Of a stretch of DNA of 64,000 nucleotides, positions 31,200 to 41,872 are shown one piece after another (the first letter of the stretch is position 1; every line of letters begins with the position of its first letter). The notes beneath the pieces were generated by a model. The model did no database searches, was not told where the DNA came from, and saw only the letters and a list, made by a program, of their open reading frames with translations. Position numbers and translations under genes: made by a program. The stretch lies in contig CBDFJG010000004.1 of the NCBI GenBank assembly GCA_965248445.1, forward strand, positions 1,248,001 through 1,312,000, read 5' to 3'. This DNA comes from Planctomycetota bacterium. GTDB lineage: Bacteria; Planctomycetota; JAJSAM01; JAJVHW01.

Positions 31200-31895
31200 T
31201 CACTCGTTACCCAGGCCCAACTCACCCAACACAGTCAGCCCCCCCTTGACCGCGTCGCCGATGCCGACGCGCCAGGTGACGGATGCGTCTGCTGGGAGCC
31301 AGACCTCGGTGCGTGACCCGAGCTTGATCATACCGTAGCGATCGCCCGCCCGCAGGCGGGTGCCAGGCTCCACGGGGCACACGATTCGCCGCGCCACGGC
31401 GCCGGTCACCTGCCTGACGATCATGGGCACGCGGCCTGCGAGGACTGTCAGCCGCAGCGCTGCGGCCTCGTTCTCGGTCCGCGCGCGGGGGTCGTACGCG
31501 CGATGCATGGCGCCGCGCCGGTAGTCCACTTGTCTCACTTCGCAGTCCATCGGCACGCGGTTGACGTGGACATTCAGCGGCGAGAGGAAGATGCCCATCC
31601 GGATCGCCCGGCCCCCGATCCACTCGGGCTCCTCGACCTCCTCGAGGTCCGTCACCGTGCCGTCCGCCGGCGAGACGATCAGACCGTCTCCGGCGGGCGG
31701 GGTGCGCTCTGGATCGCGGAAGAAGTTGACCAGCAGCAGCCAGACCACGAACGGGACAGCAGCCGCAGCGAGCCAGAGCAATCGGCGGTCGGGCTGCGAC
31801 GCAGCCAGGGCGACGGCCCCGGCCGTGAGCGGCAGGAGGAGGAGGCTCGCCAGCAGGAGGTCCCGCCGGCCCCAGACGGCAATGGGAAGTCGCAC
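31200..31895 (-). CDS. psd: Phosphatidylserine decarboxylase proenzyme
   Basis: FFRDPER, VSPADGTV, IFLSPLNVHVNRVP, ARRIVC, self-cleavage motif GMIKLGSRTE. Confidence 0.93.
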   Translation of the reverse strand: MRLPIAVWGRRDLLLASLLLLPLTAGAVALAASQPDRRLLWLAAAAVPFVVWLLLVNFFRDPERTPPAGDGLIVSPADGTVTDLEEVEEPEWIGGRAIRMGIFLSPLNVHVNRVPMDCEVRQVDYRRGAMHRAYDPRARTENEAAALRLTVLAGRVPMIVRQVTGAVARRIVCPVEPGTRLRAGDRYGMIKLGSRTEVWLPADASVTWRVGIGDAVKGGLTVLGELGLGNE

Positions 31896-32295
31896 GGCCG
31901 GGGAAGCTACCGCCCCCGTGCCACGCCCCCGCCTTCCGCTCGCCCCGGCTCCCCGCTGGCCCCCGCTCCCGTTGCTTCTGGCCGGGCGGACGGAATCGAG
32001 ACGCCCCGCGCCGGTCGTTTCCGTCCGGGCGGGGCGGTCGTGTGCAGCCGGGGCGTTCCCGGTGATCCGAAGATCACCTCGGGCGTGCGTCCGGTCCGCC
32101 TTGCGGGCGGAAGGAAGCGCTTGCTTCCACCCCTCCTTAGACAAAGGCCGTGCCGAAGCGGTCGCGCGGCATCCGAGCCTGGAACACCCCACTCCCGACT
32201 CTCGATCTGATCGGAATCCCATTTCGGATCGAGAATCGAGGCTCGCCCGGCGAACCGTCACCGTGCTCATGCGTCTCGTAGGATGGAGGGAGACG

Positions 32296-32604
32296 ATGCG
32301 CCGCACCACAGCCGACCACGACCGTCCCGCGCCGATCCGCCCGCGGCGGTGGACCGCGGCCCTCGGCCTGGCCTGCGCGCTCGCGATTGCCCTGCCGGCC
32401 ATGACCACGTTGGCCGCCTGGCCCGAACGGCAAGAGTGCGTCATCAGGAAGAGCAACGACTGGTGCGGCACGACCGCCGTTGGCGAGATCTCCGAAGCGG
32501 TGCGGCTCGGGACGCAGTGCAAGGAGTGCAGTTTGCCCCCGGGTTGGCACGAGGGAGTCCGCCGGAACCAGAGCGCAGGCCTGGTGCTCGGCCGCTTTCG
32601 ATAG
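32296..32604 (+). CDS. Small exported Cys-containing hypothetical protein
   Basis: GGAGGG RBS; RPRR followed by a hydrophobic helix; four Cys in the predicted mature part, including CKEC. Confidence 0.5.
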   Translation: MRRTTADHDRPAPIRPRRWTAALGLACALAIALPAMTTLAAWPERQECVIRKSNDWCGTTAVGEISEAVRLGTQCKECSLPPGWHEGVRRNQSAGLVLGRFR

Positions 32605-32650
32605 CCCTCCCGCCTCAGCTTCCGGTGAGCGCGGACGATCATGTCGGTAG

Positions 32651-34259
<1,609 letters not shown>

Positions 34260-34296
34260 CCGTGGCGCGCAGCCGGGGCCTGTTACGCTGCGCAGC

Positions 34297-36582
34297 GTGA
34301 CGAGGCACAACATCCGACGACTGCGCACGTTGTCTCTCGTCCTCGTGCTGTGTGGGTCGAGCGCAGTTGTGCTTGCTGCAGACGGCGAGCGCGGAGCCGA
34401 CGGCGAGACCTCCGTCGCGAGCGCCGTCGGCGTCGTGGTGCACGGCGTGGATACCGGCAGCATCGTGGGCCAGTTGCACGCGATCGACGACGCCGCCGCC
34501 GAAGAGAAGTGGGACGTCGTCGCCAACGGGCTCGACGCGCTGCTGGTCGGCGATCTCACGTCGCTCGTGGAGGAGTCCGAGGGCGTGTACCTGCGCGCGC
34601 AGGAAGCCGCGATCTTGCGTCTCGCCACGCTGCCGGAGCCCGCCCTGGCTGCGTGGCGGCGACTGGCCGACCCGCGGGCCCGCGCGCTCACCGAGTCGGT
34701 CGGCCGGCCGGGATCGGTCGAGGTGCTCGAGCGACAGGCCCGGCGACTGGTGATGTCCGCGTGGGGACCACAGCTGATGGTCGCGCTGGCCGACGCCCGG
34801 CTGCGCAGAGGCGAACTGGCCGGCGCCGGACGCATCCTCGAAGAACTGCTGATGCTCTGGCCCGACGGCGGCATTCACACGCCGCTCGGCGGCATGGGAC
34901 GCGCCGGGGTGCTCAGCCGCCTCGCAGGGATCCACGTTGCCCTCGGCGACGCCGCTTCCGTGCGCGCGCTGCGCGAGGGCGCAACCCCTCAGACTCTCGC
35001 CGTTCCTTCGCCGCGCGGTGGAACGGTGGAGGAGGAACTCCTCGCCGCGGAACGAACCGCGCGGGCGCAGTCCCCGTCCGCACGCCTGCCGGGGAAGCTC
35101 CGTCCGATCTCAGAGCTTCGCCTGCCCGGCGGCGGCGATCTCCGCATCTCGAACCTGCAGGATTCGCGTGAGATCATCGGGACCGGCGCGGCGACGCGCA
35201 TCGACGGCGCACCGGTGTTCCTCGCGCGCGTCTCGGACTCCGACCGCATCGCCTCGCGCGTCCTCGCGGTCACCGCCGGCCCCAAGACGTCGAGCATGGC
35301 CGGCGCGTCGCAACTGCGCCCGCTCTGGGGCTGGCCCTCGGCCGAAGAGCTGCAGCGTTGGCCGCGGGCCGCCGGCAACGTGCCGTTCGCGCCCGTGTTC
35401 GTCGACGACCTGGCGATCTTCTGCTGGCCGTCGTCGCGCGAGTTCGCCAGCACCGACGAGCGGCACAGCGTCGGCGACGAGAACCCGCAGGATCTCATCG
35501 CCCTGTCGCTCACCGCGGAGGGCCGGCTCGAGGACGGGCGCGGCTCCGCCGAGGAGCGCCGCGAGGACCGGGACTTGGGGCTCGTGCAACTCTCGTTCGT
35601 CGGCCCGCCTCTGGTCGTCGGACGGCGCGTGTACGTCAACCTGATCGGCCGGTCGAGCAACGGCGGCGGCACGGAGTTGCACCTCGCCCGCTTCGACGTG
35701 CTGCCCGCCGGGAGTCCATCGCGACTCCGGCTGCGCTGGCGGAAGCGACTGGTCGACGGACACGCCGTTCCCCCGCAGCGGTACCACGCGAACCTGCATC
35801 CGGAACTCGAGGGCCCGCTGGCGCTGCCGTCGGGCCCGGCCGAGCGGCTCGGGTACGTCTACGTCGGCACCAACACGGGTGCGGTGGTCTGCGTCGACGG
35901 CGACACCGGCCAACCGGTGTGGGCCGAGACGTACGAGCGCCTCGGCACGCAGCGCGCGCGCCCGGTGATCGAGGGTGACCCGTCCGGGTGGAAGTACGGG
36001 CCGGTCCGCATCGACGGCAATCGCGTCGTGGTCGCACCCCGCGATGCCGAGCTGCTGCTCTTCTACTCTGCACTCCCGCTGGACGAACGCTCGACGCGCC
36101 TCGGGAGGGTCAAGGTCCGGGGCGGCGGCACGTCCACGCGGAAGGGCTCGCCGCTCGGCGACCTGCTGGCCGACGAGGTCGCCGGGGTTCGCGACGGCGT
36201 CGTCTGGATCGCCGGGCGCCTGCCGGTCCGCCGCGGGGGCGCGATCCGGTGGCCGCCGGGACCTCTGGTGGCCTTCCGGGGAGAGCCCGACCCCCGCCCG
36301 GGCGAGCCGGCGCGCAGAATGCTTATCCCGGAGATCGCGGAGCTCTCTGCCGCCGGGCGCCCGGCCATGGTCGGCGACTCGCTGTTGTTCCCCACGTTCA
36401 AGGCCCTCTACCAGATCTCGCTCGCCGAGCCCGAGGCCCGGCCCGTCACGCTCTACCGGCTGGAGTCCGAGCGCGCCCGCCGCACGATCCCCGACCGCCT
36501 CGGGAACCTCGTCGTGGACGGCCCGCACGTCTGGTCCGTGACCCCGTCCCGGCTCGTGCTGTTCGGACCCGCCGACGAGTAG
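34297..36582 (+). CDS. Exported PQQ-like beta-propeller protein
   Basis: Signal peptide, helical region, propeller motifs (GPPLVVGRRVYV, VYVGTNTGAVVCVDGDTGQPVW). Confidence 0.7.
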   Translation: MTRHNIRRLRTLSLVLVLCGSSAVVLAADGERGADGETSVASAVGVVVHGVDTGSIVGQLHAIDDAAAEEKWDVVANGLDALLVGDLTSLVEESEGVYLRAQEAAILRLATLPEPALAAWRRLADPRARALTESVGRPGSVEVLERQARRLVMSAWGPQLMVALADARLRRGELAGAGRILEELLMLWPDGGIHTPLGGMGRAGVLSRLAGIHVALGDAASVRALREGATPQTLAVPSPRGGTVEEELLAAERTARAQSPSARLPGKLRPISELRLPGGGDLRISNLQDSREIIGTGAATRIDGAPVFLARVSDSDRIASRVLAVTAGPKTSSMAGASQLRPLWGWPSAEELQRWPRAAGNVPFAPVFVDDLAIFCWPSSREFASTDERHSVGDENPQDLIALSLTAEGRLEDGRGSAEERREDRDLGLVQLSFVGPPLVVGRRVYVNLIGRSSNGGGTELHLARFDVLPAGSPSRLRLRWRKRLVDGHAVPPQRYHANLHPELEGPLALPSGPAERLGYVYVGTNTGAVVCVDGDTGQPVWAETYERLGTQRARPVIEGDPSGWKYGPVRIDGNRVVVAPRDAELLLFYSALPLDERSTRLGRVKVRGGGTSTRKGSPLGDLLADEVAGVRDGVVWIAGRLPVRRGGAIRWPPGPLVAFRGEPDPRPGEPARRMLIPEIAELSAAGRPAMVGDSLLFPTFKALYQISLAEPEARPVTLYRLESERARRTIPDRLGNLVVDGPHVWSVTPSRLVLFGPADE

Positions 36583-36630
36583 AAGGCAGTCGCGGAATGG
36601 AGTTCCCCCGGTTCGGTGGACACCCGGGGA

Positions 36631-37488
36631 CTATGATACGGCGGCCTCCGGCCGTCGCCGCCTCTCGAACTCGATGGGCGACAGGTCCTCGATGGAGGAG
36701 TGTCGCCGCTGCGGATTGTAGAAGCCCTCGATGAAGTCGAACACCGCCAACCGCGCTGCGGACTTGGTCGAAAAGCTGGTGCGGTCGATCAACTCGGTCT
36801 CGAGCGTGGCGAAGAAGCTCTCGCACATGGCGTTGTCGTAGGCGTCTGCGACCGATCCCATGGACGGCCTGACGCCCGCTTCTCTGCAGCGCCGCCCGAA
36901 GGCGAGCGACGTGTACTGGCAGCCCTGGTCGGAGTGGTGGACGACTCCGAGGGGCTGGCGCTGGCGCACGGCCATCTCGAGTGCGTCCAGCACGATCTTG
37001 GTGTGGAGCGTCGTGGCCATGGACCAGCCGACGATCCGGCGGCTCCAGACGTCGAGGACGACCGCCAGGTACAGGAACCCCGTCCAGGTCGGCACGTACG
37101 TGATGTCGGCCACCCAGAGCTGATCGGGTGCGTCGGCCGTGAAGTCGCGATCGACCAGGTCGGCGGCCGGCGCCTGACGCTGCGAGCGCTTCGTGGTCTT
37201 GGCTCTCTTGCGGCGGCTCACGCCCTCGATCCCAGCCTGGCGCATGAGGCGCTCGACGCGCTTCCTACCGATGTGGAGGCCCTCGTAGCGCAGCTCGGCA
37301 TGGATGCGCGGTGATCCGTACGTCTGGCGAGAGCGCTCGTGGATCTCGCGGACGCGCTCGGTCAGGGCAGCGTCCTCGCGATCTCTCTTCGAGGGCGCAC
37401 GGCCGCGCGATGCGTAGTACCCGCTCCTCGAGACGCCGAGGACCCGACACATGGTGGCCACGTCGTGCTCTGCCTGGTGATCGCTCAC
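36631..37488 (-). CDS. IS3 transposase OrfB (DDE)
   Basis: YGSPRIHAEL, WVADITY, HHSDQGCQY, DNAMCESFF, FYNPQRRHS. Confidence 0.96.
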   Translation of the reverse strand: MSDHQAEHDVATMCRVLGVSRSGYYASRGRAPSKRDREDAALTERVREIHERSRQTYGSPRIHAELRYEGLHIGRKRVERLMRQAGIEGVSRRKRAKTTKRSQRQAPAADLVDRDFTADAPDQLWVADITYVPTWTGFLYLAVVLDVWSRRIVGWSMATTLHTKIVLDALEMAVRQRQPLGVVHHSDQGCQYTSLAFGRRCREAGVRPSMGSVADAYDNAMCESFFATLETELIDRTSFSTKSAARLAVFDFIEGFYNPQRRHSSIEDLSPIEFERRRRPEAAVS

Positions 37489-37799
37489 GAACCCGAACCC
37501 TTCTCTGGGATCGAGCGCGTCTCCCGAGCGAACCAGGCCGCGGCTTTTTTCAAGATGTCGCGCTCCTCGCGCAGCCGGCGCACATCTCGTCTGAGCTTGC
37601 GCAGCTCATCGCGCTCCGCGGTGGTCAAGCCGTCGTCACGCTCTCCGGCGTCCAGCGCGGCCTGCTTGATCCACTTGCGGATCGTCATCTCCGTCGGCTC
37701 GAACTCGCGGCACAGGCTCATCACGCTCCGGCCGGCGCGGTGCAACTCGACGATCTGGCGCTTGTACTCCTCGTCGTACGGTGGTCTCGATCTGGGCAT
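37485..37799 (-). CDS. IS3 transposase OrfA
   Basis: YDEEYKRQIVEL...LREERDILKKAAAWFA. Confidence 0.95.
   Translation of the reverse strand: MPRSRPPYDEEYKRQIVELHRAGRSVMSLCREFEPTEMTIRKWIKQAALDAGERDDGLTTAERDELRKLRRDVRRLREERDILKKAAAWFARETRSIPEKGSGS
37544..37550 (-). other. -1 programmed frameshift motif A-AAA-AAG producing OrfAB
   Basis: Plus strand CTTTTTT, minus AAAAAAG, at the LKKA codons near the orfA 3' end, as usual for IS3. Confidence 0.85.
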
Positions 37800-38116
37800 C
37801 TGGACATCCTCCCAACCTCAGTGGTCGGGTGTCCACCGAACCGGGGGAACTCCATTGGGCCGCGACTCCTCCCTCGGCGTGATCGCTCCCCGCTAAGGCT
37901 GGCGGGGCCGCGCCCACGGGCGAGATGTGGCGTTGTGGCGGCTCATAGAGGACACACCCCCCGGAGCCGTCGCCAGCCCTCCAGACCACGAGCAAGAGTG
38001 ACCGGAGCAGCCCCGGGTCACTCTTCGGGTCACTCATTTCCTGCGACATGTGCAACAGATGCGACGGATGCGACGAGCAATCGTCGTAAGTCCAGCCTCA
38101 GCAAGGGCGGCCCCAC

Positions 38117-38164
38117 TGCTTCGGGAGCAAGAGGCCGGAGGTTCAAATCCTCTCGCCCCGACCA
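38117..38164 (+). other. att core: 3' half of tRNA-Pro(CGG)
   Basis: TGCTTCGGGAGCAAGAGGCCGGAGGTTCAAATCCTCTCGCCCCGACCA gives anticodon arm, T-arm, acceptor 3' strand and CCA; no CGGGGCG 5' strand or D-arm upstream; lies next to an integrase. Confidence 0.88.
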
Positions 38165-38447
38165 GCGTAATGCGCGATGAGCGCGTGACTTACGACGTTT
38201 CCCCGCGCGCCCTTCGAGTATGCCATCCGGCCCGATTCCGCGAAGAGTTGGGTAAGAGTTGCGTTACGGGCCTGCGTCGAGCCCGGGGTGCGGGGAGCGT
38301 GCTGCTGTGACTGCGGGGAGTTGCACGGGCTGCACACCTTGCACGGGCTGCAGGACCGGCGGCTGCTCCCCGCCGCGGACTGGCCCGACGGCGCGCCGTG
38401 TCGCGCCGTGCGCGCGTCATCGGCGGCCTGCGCGCCCATCCCTCGCG

Positions 38448-39743
38448 CTACTCGCCCGAGGCCGCCCTGCGCGCACGTCGGCGCGTCGTGGCGCCCTTCT
38501 CGCCGTTCGCCCGGAAGTCCAGTGCGAGGACGGCGCTGCGGCGGCGTTCGCTGAGGGAGGCGGCGTAGATCTGCGTGGTGGCCAGCGCGGCGTGCCCGAG
38601 CTGTTGCTGGAGGTCGGTGACCGCGCCGCCGCCCTCCAGGAAGTGCGTCGCGAAGGAGTGCCGCAGGCAGTGGAACGTCAGCCCCTCGCGGCCTTCGAGT
38701 CCCGCGCCACGCAGTGCGATGGCCCAGGACTTGGTGACGTTGCTGAACGGCGTCCCGCGGCGGGAGAGGAAGACGTGGTCGCCCGGCCCGGTCTTCTTCC
38801 GCCGCATCCGGAGCCGCAGCAGCGCGGTGCGCACGGCGGGGTGCAGGTCGATCGCATCGACGTTGCCGACCTTGCTGCGGACCAGCGTGATCTTGCCGCG
38901 GTCGAAGTCGATGTCGCTCCAGCGCAGCGCGGTCAGCTCGCTCTTGCGGGCACCCGTGTAGACGGCGGCGACGACCAATGGACGGAAGTGCTTGGGGCTG
39001 TGCTCGATCAGGCGGGCGATCTCGTCCTTGCTGAGGTAGCGGCGCGGGCGCTTCGGCTCGCGGAGCTTGCGGAGTCCCGCGAGTGGGTTGCGCTCGATGT
39101 GCCCGTCGAGGACGGCCTCGTTGAGGATGCGGCTGGCGAACTGCTGGTCGGCGTTGACGGTGCGGGGGGAGACGGTCGTGGCGGTCCCGTGGGTCGAGTT
39201 GCGCACGCCGAGCCGCCACGCGCGGTAGTCGAGCCAGGATGACGGCGTGATCTCGTCGAGCGGCGTGTCGCCGTAGAAGGCGGTGAGCGCCTTGAGGGCC
39301 GCGCGGTAGAGCCCGAGCGTGCCCTTGGCGAGCGTGGCGACGAGCCGGTTCTCGATCACCGACTCGGCGTACGCGGTAAAGGAGGGGATCGCCGGGACGG
39401 TGGGCTGCTCGTCCTCGTCGGCCCTGCCCAGCGCGGTTCCCGCGACCGGCTCCGTGCGCATCGTCTCGGCCAAGGTCGGCGGTGTCTCGTAGACCTTCGC
39501 GAGGATGCGGCGCTCGAGCTCGTCGAGGAAGTCGTGGGCGTCCTTCTCGGTGTCGAAGTGCCGCGTGACCCGCTTGCCGTCCTGCGTCTGGTCGAACCAC
39601 TGCGCGGCCCAGGTCGTCCGGCCCGACTTCCACCGCCGCGGGAACACGTGCCCGAAGCGCCGCCGCTGGCGTGCCTTGCGTCGGCTCAACTCTCTACCTC
39701 CTTGCCTCCCGGGACCCTGGCCCGGAGGACTCTTGCTTCGCAT
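38448..39743 (-). CDS. Tyrosine recombinase / phage integrase
   Basis: YTGARKSEL (R), RSKVG (K), FHCLRHSFA (HxxR), LGH, TTQIY (Y); N-terminal arm-binding-like domain. Confidence 0.95.
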   Translation of the reverse strand: MRSKSPPGQGPGRQGGRELSRRKARQRRRFGHVFPRRWKSGRTTWAAQWFDQTQDGKRVTRHFDTEKDAHDFLDELERRILAKVYETPPTLAETMRTEPVAGTALGRADEDEQPTVPAIPSFTAYAESVIENRLVATLAKGTLGLYRAALKALTAFYGDTPLDEITPSSWLDYRAWRLGVRNSTHGTATTVSPRTVNADQQFASRILNEAVLDGHIERNPLAGLRKLREPKRPRRYLSKDEIARLIEHSPKHFRPLVVAAVYTGARKSELTALRWSDIDFDRGKITLVRSKVGNVDAIDLHPAVRTALLRLRMRRKKTGPGDHVFLSRRGTPFSNVTKSWAIALRGAGLEGREGLTFHCLRHSFATHFLEGGGAVTDLQQQLGHAALATTQIYAASLSERRRSAVLALDFRANGEKGATTRRRARRAASGE

Positions 39744-40029
39744 GGACGCTCTCCGCGCGCCCGATCGCGAGGTCGTTCCAGGGGGCGGGGCGGGATCGTC
39801 GCGAAGTCCCCGAGACAAGCCGCTCGGCCCGGCCCGAGCGAGCCGCCCCGGCCCGCGTGCGCTCGGCGAGGAACGCCTCAACCTCCTGCGGCCGAAACCG
39901 CAAGAGGCGCGGTCCGAGTGACACAGACGGGAGAGCACCCGACGTGGCGAGCCGGTAGACGGTCGTCTTGTCCACGGCGAGGTACTCCGCGACTGCGGCG
40001 GCATCCACCAGCGGCTCCTCCCACGTCAC
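39694..40029 (-). CDS. Excisionase-like HTH protein (frame open upstream to GTG 40341)
   Basis: LVDAAAVAEYLAVDKTTVYRLATSGALPSVSLGPRLLRFRPQEVEAFL. Confidence 0.85.
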   Translation of the reverse strand: MTWEEPLVDAAAVAEYLAVDKTTVYRLATSGALPSVSLGPRLLRFRPQEVEAFLAERTRAGAARSGRAERLVSGTSRRSRPAPWNDLAIGRAESVHAKQESSGPGSREARR

Positions 40030-40337
40030 CGGAGGCGGCCCCAGCGCGGGACGAGGAGCGGCGCGATCCCGAGCGCGCGGTTGCGACGTTGGGATCGCTC
40101 CTGCGCGGCGAGGAGGGGCGCCAAGTCGATCGGAGCGGGGCGCCGGCGCGTCACCCCGGCTCTGCCTGCCGGCCCCGCGGGAAGCCCCCGCCTGGAGCCG
40201 CAGGAACTCCGCCTGACGGACGCGGCGGTGGCGCTGCTTGCGGCGTTTCTCCACGGCCAGCCACCGCGGCGTGCGGCCGTCCTGCGCGCACAGGACCTCG
40301 ACGATCCGGCGACGTTGGGCCTGCGTGGTCTGCTTCC

Positions 40338-40982
40338 TCACCGGCCACCTCCCCGGCGGCCCATGCGCCCGTCGATGGCCCGCAGCGCCGCTTCGGCCTG
40401 CTCGAGGGCGCCGACGATCTCGTGCTCCTCCAGCGCGGCCACGAGGCAGAGCGCGTCCACCCGCTCCTTGGCGGCCGCGAGATCGGTGTGGAGCCCGTCC
40501 ACCTCGGGGGCGTTGACGATGCGCGTGTACGCCTCCATGAACTGCCCGACCGTCTCGCGCACGAGCAGCCGGTTGGCGGTGTGGTGCCACTGGACCCACT
40601 CGTCGCGCAGCCGCTCGGCCACCTCGCGCAGCCGCGGGTCGGCGCTCGCGCGCAGCAGGTTCTCCGAGCGGTCGATCGTGTGGTTCGAGTCGAGGGAGAG
40701 GTTGACCATCTGGTTGCGGGTCTCGCCCCAGCGGTTCCGCGCGGCATCGGAGAGGAGCCGGGCCTCCTGCCACTCCTGGTGCAGTTCCTCGACCCGCTCG
40801 TCGAGCGGCGGGATGTCCTCGCGCTTCACCCGCCGCGCTTCCTCGATCGCGGCCACGAGCTCGTGACGCCGGGCGGTCGCTGCGGCCTGCTTCTCGCCCT
40901 GGCGCTCCATCTCATCCACATGGCGCCGTCCTTCCGGACTTGCGATCCAGCGGCGGAGGCGTTCCATCACGTCGGTGCTCAT
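40338..40982 (-). CDS. Hypothetical coiled-coil protein of the element
   Basis: GAGGAG RBS; charged helical sequence MSTDVMERLRRWIASPEG...; stop overlaps the next GTG. Confidence 0.7.
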   Translation of the reverse strand: MSTDVMERLRRWIASPEGRRHVDEMERQGEKQAAATARRHELVAAIEEARRVKREDIPPLDERVEELHQEWQEARLLSDAARNRWGETRNQMVNLSLDSNHTIDRSENLLRASADPRLREVAERLRDEWVQWHHTANRLLVRETVGQFMEAYTRIVNAPEVDGLHTDLAAAKERVDALCLVAALEEHEIVGALEQAEAALRAIDGRMGRRGGGR

Positions 40983-40986
40983 CGGG

Positions 40987-41373
40987 TCATCTCCTCGCGT
41001 CCCAGGTGGTGGTCGTGGACTCAGCGGCCCGCGCGGGGACAATGCGCCGGGTCCGGGTCGTCTTCGTGGTCGGGCGGCTGCCCAGGCGGACGAGCCGCGT
41101 CTTGACGGTGCGGATCTCGCTGCGGATCGCGCTCGTCTCGGCGAGCCACGTCCTGCCGTCCAGGTAGCGCAGCGCCGAGTACAGACCGCCGCTCCAGTGG
41201 TCGATCTGCTCGCGGCGAGTGACTTCTTGGACCTGCCGTCCGAGTCGCCGACGCAGCCGCCGGACCTCGTACTCGACGTCGCGGCGGCACGAAACGGCGC
41301 AGTAGCGGCGGTGGGGAGCCCGGAATCGAACCACGTACACGGCCCCACAGCGGGTGCAGCGAGGCTCACTCAT
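40987..41373 (-). CDS. Hypothetical protein with CxxC...CxxxC zinc-finger-like motif
   Basis: GGAGG RBS; MSEPRCTRCGAVY...RRYCAVSCRR. Confidence 0.65.
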   Translation of the reverse strand: MSEPRCTRCGAVYVVRFRAPHRRYCAVSCRRDVEYEVRRLRRRLGRQVQEVTRREQIDHWSGGLYSALRYLDGRTWLAETSAIRSEIRTVKTRLVRLGSRPTTKTTRTRRIVPARAAESTTTTWDARR

Positions 41374-41597
41374 GGAGTCCTCCACCGCGTTCCCTCCCCC
41401 CCTTGGCTTATTTCGCGCACGCGCACGCGCGATTTCCCGGGGGGCGGCTCGCCACGGCCGCCGGGGGGAGGCGGGGATCGGCCGTGGGCACCCTCGCCTG
41501 CTGGACCGTGGCGCCAATCGCACACGCTCCCGTGCAGGTTTCGAACTCCCGTGCGAGCCTGGCGCGAGGCTGGGAGTTCCGGCGGTTGCGGGGTGCG

Positions 41598-41870
41598 TCA
41601 CGCCGTCCTCCCGCTCGTCGTGCCGAGCAGGCGCTCGGGATCGAGGTCACCGTCGAGCAGGCCGGGATCGAGCGGACCGTCCAGGTCCTCGCCGGGCTCG
41701 AACGTGGCGAGATCGAACGTCAGGAGGTCGATCTGCTCGGCGGGACGGTCGATCTGCTCGGCGGCCACCGCGCCGTCCCTGTCTCCGGAAGGGTCGGAGG
41801 GGTCGGAGGGGTTGCCCAGCCGCTCCCACTGGGCATCTATGTACGCGTCCGTGGCACCGTGTTCGGGCCT
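41598..41870 (-). pseudogene. 3' remnant of a gene cut at the IS1380 junction (possible replication-protein tail)
   Basis: Open frame RPEHGATDAYIDAQWERLGNPSDPSDPSGDRDG...GRTA*, acidic and with no start codon; not in the track. Confidence 0.45.
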
Positions 41871-41872
41871 AG

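Larger units (their letters stand above)
36598..37854 (-). mobile_element. IS3-family insertion sequence (1257 bp)
   Basis: Perfect 29-bp terminal IRs (TGGAGTTCCCCCGGTTCGGTGGACACCCG, 36598-36626 and 37826-37854), TG...CA ends, orfA/orfB. Confidence 0.97.
37990..41872 (-). mobile_element. Integrative element / phage-satellite-like remnant (boundaries approximate)
   Basis: att site, integrase, excisionase and small co-directional ORFs, bracketed by IS3 and IS1380. Confidence 0.75.

Noticed and set aside
36591..36602. CGCGGAATGGAG resembling the 5' end of tRNA-fMet
   Set aside because: The match runs into the IS3 IR, and nothing tRNA-like continues on the other side of the IS.
38090..38164. 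Complete tRNA-Pro gene
   Set aside because: No 5' acceptor strand or D-arm, so it is treated as an att core.
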